NCBI GenBank assembly: GCA_963811085.1
Contig: CAWEPV010000010.1
Coordinates: forward strand, 35,399 to 99,398
DNA length: 64,000 bases
Source: an uncultured beta proteobacterium
Lineage (GTDB): Bacteria > Pseudomonadota > Gammaproteobacteria > Burkholderiales > SG8-39
Direction of reading: 5' to 3'
The notes under the pieces are model-generated. The model saw only the letters and a program-made list of their open reading frames with translations. It ran no database searches and was not told the origin of the DNA. This document shows, in pieces, positions 31,106 to 39,750 of this stretch (the first letter of the stretch is position 1; each line of letters starts with the position of its first letter). A program made the position numbers and the translations under genes.

Positions 31106-31158
31106 ATGCAACGGCGACGCGCGGACCGGAATAATTCGACTCTGACCCCGATTACCGA

Positions 31159-32802
31159 TTACGGTTCGAAGCGGTCGAGGACCTCGCCCGGGCCGGACTC
31201 GAGGCGCAGGTAGTCGGTGCCGTCGAACACCTGCTGGCCGTTGACCCACACCCCGGCGACGCCCTTGGGGCGGCGGATCACGCGCGTGCCGCCGCCGGGC
31301 AGGTCAGCGACGCGCTCGAGCGGCGACACGCCGACCGCGAGCGGATCGAACAGGAGCAGGTCGGCGCCGAAGCCCGGCGCGATGCGGCCGCGCCCGGCGA
31401 TTCGGTACTTCGTCGCCGGGTCGCTGGTGAGACGGCGCACGCCCTCCTCCAGCGTCAGGGTCTCGGTGTCGCGCACCCAGTGCCCGAGCAGGTGCAGGCC
31501 GAAGCCCGCGTCGCACAGGAAGATGAGGTGCGCGCCCGCATCCGACAATGCGACCACTCCCGCCGGGTGCCTGAGCAGCGGCGCGACGCCCGCGTCGTCG
31601 TTCTGGAACAACTTCGCCACCAGCGGCGTGTCGATTGGGAGATCGAAGAAATAGTCGAGCGGGTCCTTGCCCGCCTCGCGCGCGAGGTCGGTCAGTGGCG
31701 CCCCCGCGGCCTCGACCTTGCTCCAGTCGCCGTAGAACAGAATCCCCTTGCCCGGGTGCGCCAGGTTGTCGCGGAAGCACGCGCGGAATTCGGGGTCGGC
31801 GTAGATCGCGGGCAGATCCTCTGGTTTCGCCCGCCGCACCGCCTCAAACGCGTCGTGCGAGTACATCAGGTACGGGTCCTTGAGCGTGAAGTCGAACGAC
31901 AGCGGCTGGCAGCTGGTGTGGATATAGACTTCGTGCCCGCGCGCGATCGCCGCGGCGCATTTTTCGTAGTAGGTCAGCGCGCGGCCCGGGTCGGCGTGGT
32001 TGTGCATCGTCAGGACCGTGACCATGAAGGCCGGGCGGCCGGTGTCGGCAGCGATCGATTCCATAAACTCGGGCGTGGCGCGCGAGCCGGTCGCCACGAC
32101 GAACACGCCGCGCCGCGCCTCGCCCAGCGCGCCTGCGAGGATCTTCATCTCGTCGTCGGTGGCGATGGTCGATGGCATCGGCCGCCCGCCCCAGCCGCTG
32201 TGGTTGGGCGAGAACGACGAGGCGAAGCCGATCGCGCCGGCGTCGAGCGCCTCGCGCACCAAAGCCCGCATCAGCGCGATTTCGTCCGCGCGCGCCGCCG
32301 AGCGGGTCGAGGCCTCCTCGCCCATCACCGCGGTGCGGATGGTCGAGTGCTGCGCCAGCACCGCGACGTTGGCGTACAGGTGTGCGCGGCGCAGCTGCGC
32401 CAGGTACTCGGTGAAGGTCTCGAACTCCCAGCGCGTGCCCGAGAGCAGCGCCTCGAGGTCCATGCCTTCGACCACCGACAGGTTGCGCACCATCGTCTCG
32501 CGCATCGGCGCCGGGCACGGCGCGATGCCGAAGCCGCAGTTGCCGAGCACAACGGTGGTCACCCCGAGGGAAGGCGAAGGCGAAAGCGTCGGGTCCCAGG
32601 TCGCCTGCGCGTCGTAGTGCGTGTGCACGTCGACGATGCCGGGCATCAGCGCCAAGCCGTCGGCGTCGACGATTCGCCGCGCGCCCTCCTTCACCCGCCC
32701 GACCGCGGCGATGCGCCCGCCCGCGACCGCGACGTCGGCGCGCGCGCCGGGGCGCCCGCTGCCGTCGTACACCGTCGCGCCGCGAATCAGCAGGTCGTGC
32801 AT
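31159..32802 (-). CDS. N-acyl-D-amino-acid deacylase family amidohydrolase
   Basis: PGIVDVHTHYDAQ, GVTTVVLGNCG, SDAGAH, ADLLLFD. Confidence 0.9.
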   Translation of the reverse strand: MHDLLIRGATVYDGSGRPGARADVAVAGGRIAAVGRVKEGARRIVDADGLALMPGIVDVHTHYDAQATWDPTLSPSPSLGVTTVVLGNCGFGIAPCPAPMRETMVRNLSVVEGMDLEALLSGTRWEFETFTEYLAQLRRAHLYANVAVLAQHSTIRTAVMGEEASTRSAARADEIALMRALVREALDAGAIGFASSFSPNHSGWGGRPMPSTIATDDEMKILAGALGEARRGVFVVATGSRATPEFMESIAADTGRPAFMVTVLTMHNHADPGRALTYYEKCAAAIARGHEVYIHTSCQPLSFDFTLKDPYLMYSHDAFEAVRRAKPEDLPAIYADPEFRACFRDNLAHPGKGILFYGDWSKVEAAGAPLTDLAREAGKDPLDYFFDLPIDTPLVAKLFQNDDAGVAPLLRHPAGVVALSDAGAHLIFLCDAGFGLHLLGHWVRDTETLTLEEGVRRLTSDPATKYRIAGRGRIAPGFGADLLLFDPLAVGVSPLERVADLPGGGTRVIRRPKGVAGVWVNGQQVFDGTDYLRLESGPGEVLDRFEP

Positions 32803-32806
32803 CACC

Positions 32807-33496
32807 TCAATCGCCGGTGGGAGAGATACGGAACTCGAGCACGCCCTGCGCATTCATCAGGGCCTCCGAAAGCCGGCGCAGATTGTCCGGTTCGAGGGTG
32901 CGGATCATCATGCGGTATTCGAAGTGCCGCCCTTCGTCGGTCAGGCGGTAGCTGAGGTTGGCGATGGTGAAGTCGAATCCACCGACCAGCCTGCGCAGCT
33001 CAGCCGCCGACATCGGCGCCTCGCGCGCAAAGCGCAGCGTGAAGTGAGCGTAGGACTGGGTCGGCATCCGGCTCTCGAGCCAGCGGAACGCGGATAGCGT
33101 GCCGAGGGCCATCGCCGCGGCCAGCGCCGCGGGGAAATAAAAGCCGATCCCGACCAGCGTGCCGATCGCCGCGGTGACCCAGATCGACGCGGCAGTCGTC
33201 AGCCCGCGCACCGACAGGCCTTCCTTCATGATCACGCCGGCGCCGAGAAAGCCGATTCCGGTCATGATGCCCTGCGCCATGCGGGTGGGATCGATCGTCA
33301 CGCGCGCCGTGGCGTGCGGCCCGAACCACTGGCTTTCGTACACAGTGACGAGCATCAGCAGCGCAGAGCCAAGGCACACCAGCGCGTGAGTGCGGAAACC
33401 GGCCGGGCGGCCGTGGTAGCTGCGCTCCAGCCCCACCAGCCCGCCAAACACGAGCGCCACGATGAGGCGCAGCGTGATCTCCGGATAATCGCCCAT
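32807..33496 (-). CDS. MgtC/SapB family protein
   Basis: GLER...AGFRTH, GIGFLGAG, GLTTAASIW. Confidence 0.93.
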   Translation of the reverse strand: MGDYPEITLRLIVALVFGGLVGLERSYHGRPAGFRTHALVCLGSALLMLVTVYESQWFGPHATARVTIDPTRMAQGIMTGIGFLGAGVIMKEGLSVRGLTTAASIWVTAAIGTLVGIGFYFPAALAAAMALGTLSAFRWLESRMPTQSYAHFTLRFAREAPMSAAELRRLVGGFDFTIANLSYRLTDEGRHFEYRMMIRTLEPDNLRRLSEALMNAQGVLEFRISPTGD

Positions 33497-33532
33497 GCGA
33501 CGAAGTGTACGCCCGGTCGCGCCGGGCGCGGC

Positions 33533-34417
33533 CTAGGCGGCGCTGCGCTCCTCGTCCCCGCGGCCGTGAATTGGCCAGCTCGGATTGCGCAGCTGGAAGC
33601 GCGGGCGCGCGCCCTGCACGTCCTTGCGCGCCGCGATCAGCGCCGGCAGGGTCCCGACGTCCCGCCAGTAGGCCGGCTCCTCGTACGGCCGCACGCCGGG
33701 CAGCACGTTCTCGGCCAGGTCGTAGGCGAACACGCGATAGCGTTCGGGCAGGCGCGGCAGGACTTCGTGGCCGAAGTCGGTGCCGCCGCCCTGCTCCATC
33801 TCGCGCAGCGCCAGCGCCAGCACGCCGGGCTCGAACAGGTAGTTTCCCATCGACGCGTAGGCATGCCTCGGGTCGCCCGGCAGCGGCCGGGGCCGCTGCG
33901 GCTTTTCCTGGAACTCGCTCACCATTCCGTCGCGCCGCGCGACAATGACGCCGAAGGCGGGTGCGCACTCGATCGGCACCGCCACCGCCGCCACGCTCAC
34001 TTGCGACCGGCGCGCGCGGTGGAAGCCCGCCATTTGCCGCACGTCCATGCGATAAACGTGGTCGGCGGCGAACACCGCGACCAGGTCCGGCTTGGCGCGC
34101 TCTACCACGTCCAAATTCTGCTGGACCGCGGTCGCAGTGCCCGTGTAGCCGTGGCCGTCGCCCGAGTGCGGCAGCAGCACCTTGACGCGCGGTCCCCAGG
34201 CCGCAGCGATGTGCTCGATGACGGAGTCCGGCTTGTACTGGGCCAGGACGTAGATCGGGTCGACGCCCGAGTTGACCAGGTTGCTGAGGACGAAGTCGAT
34301 CAGGCGGTAGCCGCCGGCGAACCCCAGCGCGGGCTTGGCGCGCTCGCGCGTAAGCGGCTGCAGGCGCGAGCCTTCGCCACCCGCAAGAACGAAACCGAGG
34401 ATCCTCTCCGAGGCCAC
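33533..34417 (-). CDS. GlgC-like sugar-phosphate nucleotidyltransferase lacking the C-terminal beta-helix
   Basis: VLAGGEGSRL.PLT..RAKPA, ADHVYRMD, FQEKP, SMGNY, DFG, YWRDVGT; ends shortly after WPI. Confidence 0.8.
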   Translation of the reverse strand: MASERILGFVLAGGEGSRLQPLTRERAKPALGFAGGYRLIDFVLSNLVNSGVDPIYVLAQYKPDSVIEHIAAAWGPRVKVLLPHSGDGHGYTGTATAVQQNLDVVERAKPDLVAVFAADHVYRMDVRQMAGFHRARRSQVSVAAVAVPIECAPAFGVIVARRDGMVSEFQEKPQRPRPLPGDPRHAYASMGNYLFEPGVLALALREMEQGGGTDFGHEVLPRLPERYRVFAYDLAENVLPGVRPYEEPAYWRDVGTLPALIAARKDVQGARPRFQLRNPSWPIHGRGDEERSAA

Positions 34418-34514
34418 CTGACGCGCACCCTTAACCTGCGAGAGTAAACCGGCGCTCGCCCGACAAGTACGTGGCCCGTTGACCGTCGTCAACGGCGTGC
34501 CGATTACCGTCTGG

Positions 34515-35927
34515 CTAGAGCTGGAATGCCAGCCAAAGCAGCAAGCCCTCCGCGACGTCCCGCAACAGCCCCGGCGGCCGCGCGCGGTACGCCTCGGCGG
34601 CGTCGCGCTGGCGCGCGACCCACTGCGCGAAGCGCTCGATCGCGGCCGGCTCGTAGAACGCGATCATCAGCTCGTAGTTGAGGAACAGGCTGCGCTCGTC
34701 CAGGTTAGCCGATCCGGCGAGCGCGAGGTCGTCGTCGATCACCACGGCCTTGGCGTGGATCATGTGCGGCAGAAACCAGACCCGCGCTCCGGCCGCGGCG
34801 AGATCGCGCAGCGCGCGATGGCGCGCCATGTCGGCCAGCAGGTGGTTCGATTTCGCCGGCATCACCAGGTCGACCGTCACCCCGCGCCGCGCCGCGAGCG
34901 CGAGCGACATCAGCAGGGTCGAGTTGGGCACGAAGTACGGCGTCACCGCGAGGATGCGCCGTCGCGCGGCGAAGAAACCCGAAACGAGGAAGGTGTAGAC
35001 CGTGTCGTCGGCCTGGTCGGGGCCGCTCGCGATGAGCTGTCCCCTTGGCGCAAGCGACTCGGCCTGCCCCGCGGCCACCGCATCGGGGGCGGGCTGCTCG
35101 GTGGCGAAGGCCCAGTCAAGCTCGAACTGCTGCCGGCCCTGCGCGGCCAGCGGGCCGCGCAGGTCGAAGCTCAGGTCGATCCAGGGCCTGGTCTTGCGTG
35201 CCGGCGCAGCGCGGTCGTCGAAATATTCCCGCGCCAGGTTCCTGCCGCCGCACCACAGCCAGTCTCCGTCGGCGATCACTATCTTGCGGTGATTGCGCAG
35301 GTTGGTGCGCCCCCGCAGCGTCGAGCGCAGCGGCGGAACGAACAGCGCGGTCTGTACTCCCGCCTCTTTCAGGCGTCCGAAATCCGGCAGACCCGACAGG
35401 TAGGCCCCGATTCCATCCACCAGCAACCTCACCCGCACGCCGTCGCGCGCGCGGCGCTCCAGGTGCTCGGCGATCTCCCTGCCGACCGCGTCCTTGCCGA
35501 TGAGGAAAGTGCAGATCTCGAGCGTGTGCGCGGCGCCATCGATCAGTTCGCGCAGCGCCTGCAGTGCCTGCGCGCCGTCCTCGTGGATGTTCAGTTGCCG
35601 GTACGAGGCGGCGCCCGGCAGCGACATTGCCGCGGCGAGCTTGCGCAGGTGCACTTCGGCCGACTCCGGGTCGCCCGCGACCAGCGCCGGACGCGCCTGC
35701 CCTCCGGCGCCCTGGCGCGGGTCGATGATCTTGCGCGTGCCGAACACCATGTACAGCGGCAGCGCCACGTAGGGCAGCAGCAGCAGCGCGATGACCCAGG
35801 CGATCGCGGCCGAGGGGCGCCGGCGCTGGCGCAGCGTGCGCGAGCCCACCACGTAGATCGCCAGGCCGAGCACAACCAGCCCGCTGTGCAGCGTCAGCCA
35901 GTGGCGCTCGAGCAGCTCGGTCACCAT
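34515..35927 (-). CDS. Cardiolipin synthase / phospholipase D family protein
   Basis: Two HKD motifs (NHRKIVIAD, HAKAVVID), N-terminal TM helices. Confidence 0.9.
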   Translation of the reverse strand: MVTELLERHWLTLHSGLVVLGLAIYVVGSRTLRQRRRPSAAIAWVIALLLLPYVALPLYMVFGTRKIIDPRQGAGGQARPALVAGDPESAEVHLRKLAAAMSLPGAASYRQLNIHEDGAQALQALRELIDGAAHTLEICTFLIGKDAVGREIAEHLERRARDGVRVRLLVDGIGAYLSGLPDFGRLKEAGVQTALFVPPLRSTLRGRTNLRNHRKIVIADGDWLWCGGRNLAREYFDDRAAPARKTRPWIDLSFDLRGPLAAQGRQQFELDWAFATEQPAPDAVAAGQAESLAPRGQLIASGPDQADDTVYTFLVSGFFAARRRILAVTPYFVPNSTLLMSLALAARRGVTVDLVMPAKSNHLLADMARHRALRDLAAAGARVWFLPHMIHAKAVVIDDDLALAGSANLDERSLFLNYELMIAFYEPAAIERFAQWVARQRDAAEAYRARPPGLLRDVAEGLLLWLAFQL

Positions 35928-35949
35928 CCTGGGCTTTCGCGCCGCGTGC

Positions 35950-36990
35950 TCAGCGCGTGGCGCGCGCCTCGATCAGCTCGCGCAGCGCCGCGGGCAGGAC
36001 CGCGCGCAGCCGCTGCGACCATTCGCGCTCGCGCCGCTGCCAGATCACCCCGAGCCAGATGATCCCGAGGCCGATCACGGTCAGCGCGAACGGGAACACC
36101 AGGCTGTCGCGGAAAACGCGCCACGACAGGTAGCCGAGGTAGCCGGCAACTCCCATCCCGCCGAACACCGCGAACACTCGCCGCCCCAGCACCGCGCCGA
36201 CCAGGATCATCGCCAGATTGATGCCGCAGTAGGCCGCCTTGCCCAGCTCGCTGCCGGAATTGATCAGCGACAGCCCGCCCCAGAAGATGAGCACTCCGAA
36301 CAGATAGAGCCAGAACGCGTAGTCTTGCGAGAAGCGCGAGCGCAGGTCGACCCAGAACGCGAGCAGCACGGTTGCGAGCCCGAAGTAGAGCGAGATGAAC
36401 TTGCGGATCTCGAAGTCGTACAGGCCGGCGCCGAACAGGAACGGCACCAGGTCCATGCTCATGTACCACAGCGTGACCGCGATCGGCATCAGCATGAACG
36501 GGAAGCGATAGCGCCACAGCAGCGCCGCGCCGGCGGCGAGCGTACCGAACTCCATCATCAGCCAGCGGCCGTCGATGAACACGTGGTAGTCGCGGTAGGC
36601 CTTGGCCGCGCCCCAGTAGCCGAGCGCGGCCTGGGCCGAAAAGATCGCCAGCGGCACCATCACCACCGCCAGGGTGGCCATGATGCCGGCCGGAATCGAC
36701 AGCTGCTTGCGCTCGAGCAGCCAGTGCGTGAGCGCGAGAAACAGCACCAGGTAGCACAGCGCGGTTGCGAACCCGCCCCAGCCGCCGAGCGAGTTCCAGC
36801 CGAGCGTCATGAACAACGACATGGCGCCGATCGCGATCATGCCGCCGAGGTAGTAGAGCACGTGCACCGGCGTGAAACGCGGCCGCTCGTGCTCCTGGAC
36901 GAAGAACTGCAGCAGGCGCTCGGCCTGGCCGCGGTCGATTATCCCTGCCTGCACCGCCTCGCCCAGGCGCTTGCGGTCGTTGGCGTCCAT
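35950..36990 (-). CDS. Multi-pass membrane protein (DUF2157-like)
   Basis: AGII...QA N-terminus, LYYLGG, about 10 TM segments. Confidence 0.75.
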   Translation of the reverse strand: MDANDRKRLGEAVQAGIIDRGQAERLLQFFVQEHERPRFTPVHVLYYLGGMIAIGAMSLFMTLGWNSLGGWGGFATALCYLVLFLALTHWLLERKQLSIPAGIMATLAVVMVPLAIFSAQAALGYWGAAKAYRDYHVFIDGRWLMMEFGTLAAGAALLWRYRFPFMLMPIAVTLWYMSMDLVPFLFGAGLYDFEIRKFISLYFGLATVLLAFWVDLRSRFSQDYAFWLYLFGVLIFWGGLSLINSGSELGKAAYCGINLAMILVGAVLGRRVFAVFGGMGVAGYLGYLSWRVFRDSLVFPFALTVIGLGIIWLGVIWQRREREWSQRLRAVLPAALRELIEARATR

Positions 36991-37017
36991 GTCCGGATCA
37001 TACCGTCCGGGGGCGCG

Positions 37018-37536
37018 CTAGCGGCGCGAGAAGACCTGCTCCCAGTCGACGTGCGGATCGGGCGTGCGCGCAAGCGCCTCGCGTACCCAGGCCGCATGCG
37101 CCTGCTCTTCCTGCGCCATCTCGGCCGCCAGGTCGCGCAGGCGCGGGTCGGCCGCGCGGTCGAGCACCTGCTCGAAGAAAGACTGCGCGCGCAGCTCTGC
37201 GGCGAGCGCGATCTCGAGTGCGTCGTGCGGCGTCATGAGCTGGAACAGCAGGTCGTGGGCTGCGGTTTCGGGCGCGCCCGTATCCAGCCAGGCGAATTCC
37301 GCCGGCGCGGTCGGCGGCAGCGCCATGCCGTCGCACTCGCGTTCGAGCGCCTTGGCGTGCTCGCCCTCGAACCCGGCCAGATCGGCAAACAGCTGCGCGA
37401 CCGCGTCGTTGCCCTCATCGGCCATGCGCGCGGCGAATTCGCCGTAGCGCCGCGCCGCCTCGCGCTCGATTGCGAGCGCGTGGGCGTAAAGCGCCGCCAC
37501 GCCCCCGGCTCCGCCCAGATCCGCCAGCTCCCCCAT
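37018..37536 (-). CDS. Ferritin-like/rubrerythrin family protein
   Basis: AIEREAARRY, EGEH, AAE, EEQAH diiron pattern. Confidence 0.85.
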   Translation of the reverse strand: MGELADLGGAGGVAALYAHALAIEREAARRYGEFAARMADEGNDAVAQLFADLAGFEGEHAKALERECDGMALPPTAPAEFAWLDTGAPETAAHDLLFQLMTPHDALEIALAAELRAQSFFEQVLDRAADPRLRDLAAEMAQEEQAHAAWVREALARTPDPHVDWEQVFSRR

Positions 37537-37617
37537 CGCGCCCCTCCGCGCCAAGCGTCCCAGCCGAGACTAATACGCGCTCCGGCCGGGAGCGCCTTGA
37601 CCGGCGTCAAACGGGAT

Positions 37618-38157
37618 TCAGTCCACGCCGTGCAACGCCGCGCCGCTCGCGCCCGAATCGTGCAGTAGCTCCCAGTCTAGCCTCGGGTCGGGGGTGACCT
37701 GCAGCGCGCGCTCGATCTCAGCCACCCGCCGGTGCTCCTCGAGCGCGATTTCGACCGCCAGCTTGATTCCGACCGCGTCGCCGATGCGGTTGGCCGCCAC
37801 CAGAAAGAACTCCTCGGCGCGCCGCTCCGCCACGCAGGCGAGCGCGAGCGCGTCGCGCGGGGTCTGCGGCATGAGCGGGAAAGTGAGCTCCATGTAAGCG
37901 GGCGACGAGGTGAAGAACCAGGCGTATTGCCAGGGCGAGATCTCGGGCAGCTCGAGCCCCGCCGCGCTGCGCTCGAGAGTATCGAGGTGCGCTCGCTCGC
38001 TCCGCTCGAGCTTTCGAAACACGCTCTCCACGTGCTCTATCCCGAGGTCCTGCATCCAGTCGGCGAACTCGTGGTAGCGCGACAGCGCTTCGCGCTCGAT
38101 GGCGAGCGCGTGGGCGAACAATTCGGCTGCGGAGGCAGGAATGAGCTGCTGGGCCAT
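37618..38157 (-). CDS. Ferritin-like/rubrerythrin family paralogue with altered metal site
   Basis: AHALAIEREALSRY, ERAH; final motif is EEHRR rather than EExxH. Confidence 0.8.
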   Translation of the reverse strand: MAQQLIPASAAELFAHALAIEREALSRYHEFADWMQDLGIEHVESVFRKLERSERAHLDTLERSAAGLELPEISPWQYAWFFTSSPAYMELTFPLMPQTPRDALALACVAERRAEEFFLVAANRIGDAVGIKLAVEIALEEHRRVAEIERALQVTPDPRLDWELLHDSGASGAALHGVD

Positions 38158-38277
38158 GGGAGTGCTCCTTTCGGAAACGAACGGGAGAGCGGATTGCCCA
38201 CGACCGTAGCGCCACATTCTTAAAGCTCTATTAATCTCCGCCTGAAATTTGCTTGCACACTGTCGTGCGCCGGCGAC

Positions 38278-38985
38278 TCAGACAAACGCGGCGCCGAGCA
38301 GCCAGACGCCCCAGGCCGCGAGCGCTACGCCCACCGTGCGGTCGAACGCGCGTCCCAGCGGAAGCAGGCGCTCCGCCAGCACATAGGCCGAGATCGCGAG
38401 CGCCCAGGCGAAGCTCATCGCGCCGGCGACGAACAGCACCGTCATCACCAGCCAGCAGCAGCCGACGCACCACACCGCGTAGCGCAACCCCATGCCGAAC
38501 GCGCCCCCCAACCCGTCGCGCCACTCGTTCATCATGAAGCCGAGCGGCGAGCGGCAGTGCGAGACGCAGCTTGCTTTCGCCGGCGACCACTGCCAGGCCC
38601 CGGCCGCGATCAACAGCGCTCCGGCGAACGGGGTGCTGCTGAGGCGCATGCCCGCGCCGATCAGGCCGGTCTGCTGCAAGCCCCAGTGCGCGAGCGCGTA
38701 GACGACGCCCGCCGCGCCCCAGGCGCCAAGATAGCCGGCGAGGTAGGCGGCCGAGGCGAGCGGGCGCTTCGCCAGGCGCGCGTGCAGCAGGTACGAGGGC
38801 GCCGCCGCCGGCACCATCATGGCGGCCATCATCGCCGCCCACATGTTCGCCAGCATGCCGAAACTCATCTGCATGCCCGGCATCGCCGCATGCAACGACA
38901 TGCCGCGGCCGATCTGCACGAACCAGGCCCAGGCGAGCAGCCCGACCACGCCGATCGACGCGAGCGGCAGCGCCCGCCCGTTCAC
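38278..38985 (-). CDS. DUF2182 family membrane protein
   Basis: WAAMMAAMMVP, QWSPAK..C..HCRSP, CVGCCW. Confidence 0.88.
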   Translation of the reverse strand: MNGRALPLASIGVVGLLAWAWFVQIGRGMSLHAAMPGMQMSFGMLANMWAAMMAAMMVPAAAPSYLLHARLAKRPLASAAYLAGYLGAWGAAGVVYALAHWGLQQTGLIGAGMRLSSTPFAGALLIAAGAWQWSPAKASCVSHCRSPLGFMMNEWRDGLGGAFGMGLRYAVWCVGCCWLVMTVLFVAGAMSFAWALAISAYVLAERLLPLGRAFDRTVGVALAAWGVWLLGAAFV

Positions 38986-39578
38986 GCCGCGTACTGGAAC
39001 GGCGAGAAGAAGCCGTTCTTGCCCGAGAGTTCCCAGCTCATGCCGTGATCCTTGTAGCTCAGTTTCTTCGAGCGCGCGGTGACCGCGGGGTTCCCGGGCG
39101 CAATGCACAGCGGATGATTGGTGACCGTGATCTCCGCGCCGCCCTGTCCCTCGAGGGCCTCGATCGAGACTTCGGCGACGTCGGGAATGCTCAGGCTGCG
39201 CTGCTTGCCGGCGGCGGCGTACTTGATCGGCACGCTCGCCACGCCGAGGATCTTGCCGACGTGCGAAGCGAGCCGCTCCGGGTGCCCGCCCGCCTGGCCG
39301 GCGAAAATCTTGGTCAGAGCCCCTTTCTGCTTTTCGCTCGCACGCTCGTCGAGGTACACCGCGGCGTCCCATTTCACCTGCGCCATGTGGCCCGGCGAGC
39401 GCACGGCGAAAGCCACGTTGAGCCCATCCAGTGCCACGTCTTCGAACTTGCCCTTGTCGATGTGCCAGGCGATCAAGACGCCGCACTCGTCGTCTGTCGG
39501 TTTGCTAAGAAAGACGCAGGGGCACGCCGCTTCGCAGTTGCAGCTTTCAAAATAGGTTCCTTCGATCTTCCAGCTCAT
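38982..39578 (-). CDS. DUF1326 family protein
   Basis: W.I.G.YFESCNC...CPC, IF.GQAGG. Confidence 0.9.
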   Translation of the reverse strand: MSWKIEGTYFESCNCEAACPCVFLSKPTDDECGVLIAWHIDKGKFEDVALDGLNVAFAVRSPGHMAQVKWDAAVYLDERASEKQKGALTKIFAGQAGGHPERLASHVGKILGVASVPIKYAAAGKQRSLSIPDVAEVSIEALEGQGGAEITVTNHPLCIAPGNPAVTARSKKLSYKDHGMSWELSGKNGFFSPFQYAA

Positions 39579-39750
39579 GGCTCGTTCTCCTTTAGAGTTT
39601 AGAAAAAACGCGCCTTCATTTGACGCCCGCGCGGGCCGCCCGTGGTCGCGCTAAGCGGGACAAAAAGCGGGACAAGGCGGCCATGGCGTGCGACGGCTAG
39701 AGTAGAATTCCCTTCCTGAATCAACGCTTATCCCCTGCATCCATTCCGGT

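Noticed and set aside
39653-39675. Direct repeat AAGCGGGACAA x2 upstream of glnS
   Set aside because: Only two short copies; no integrase or tRNA nearby; could be a regulator site but unsupported
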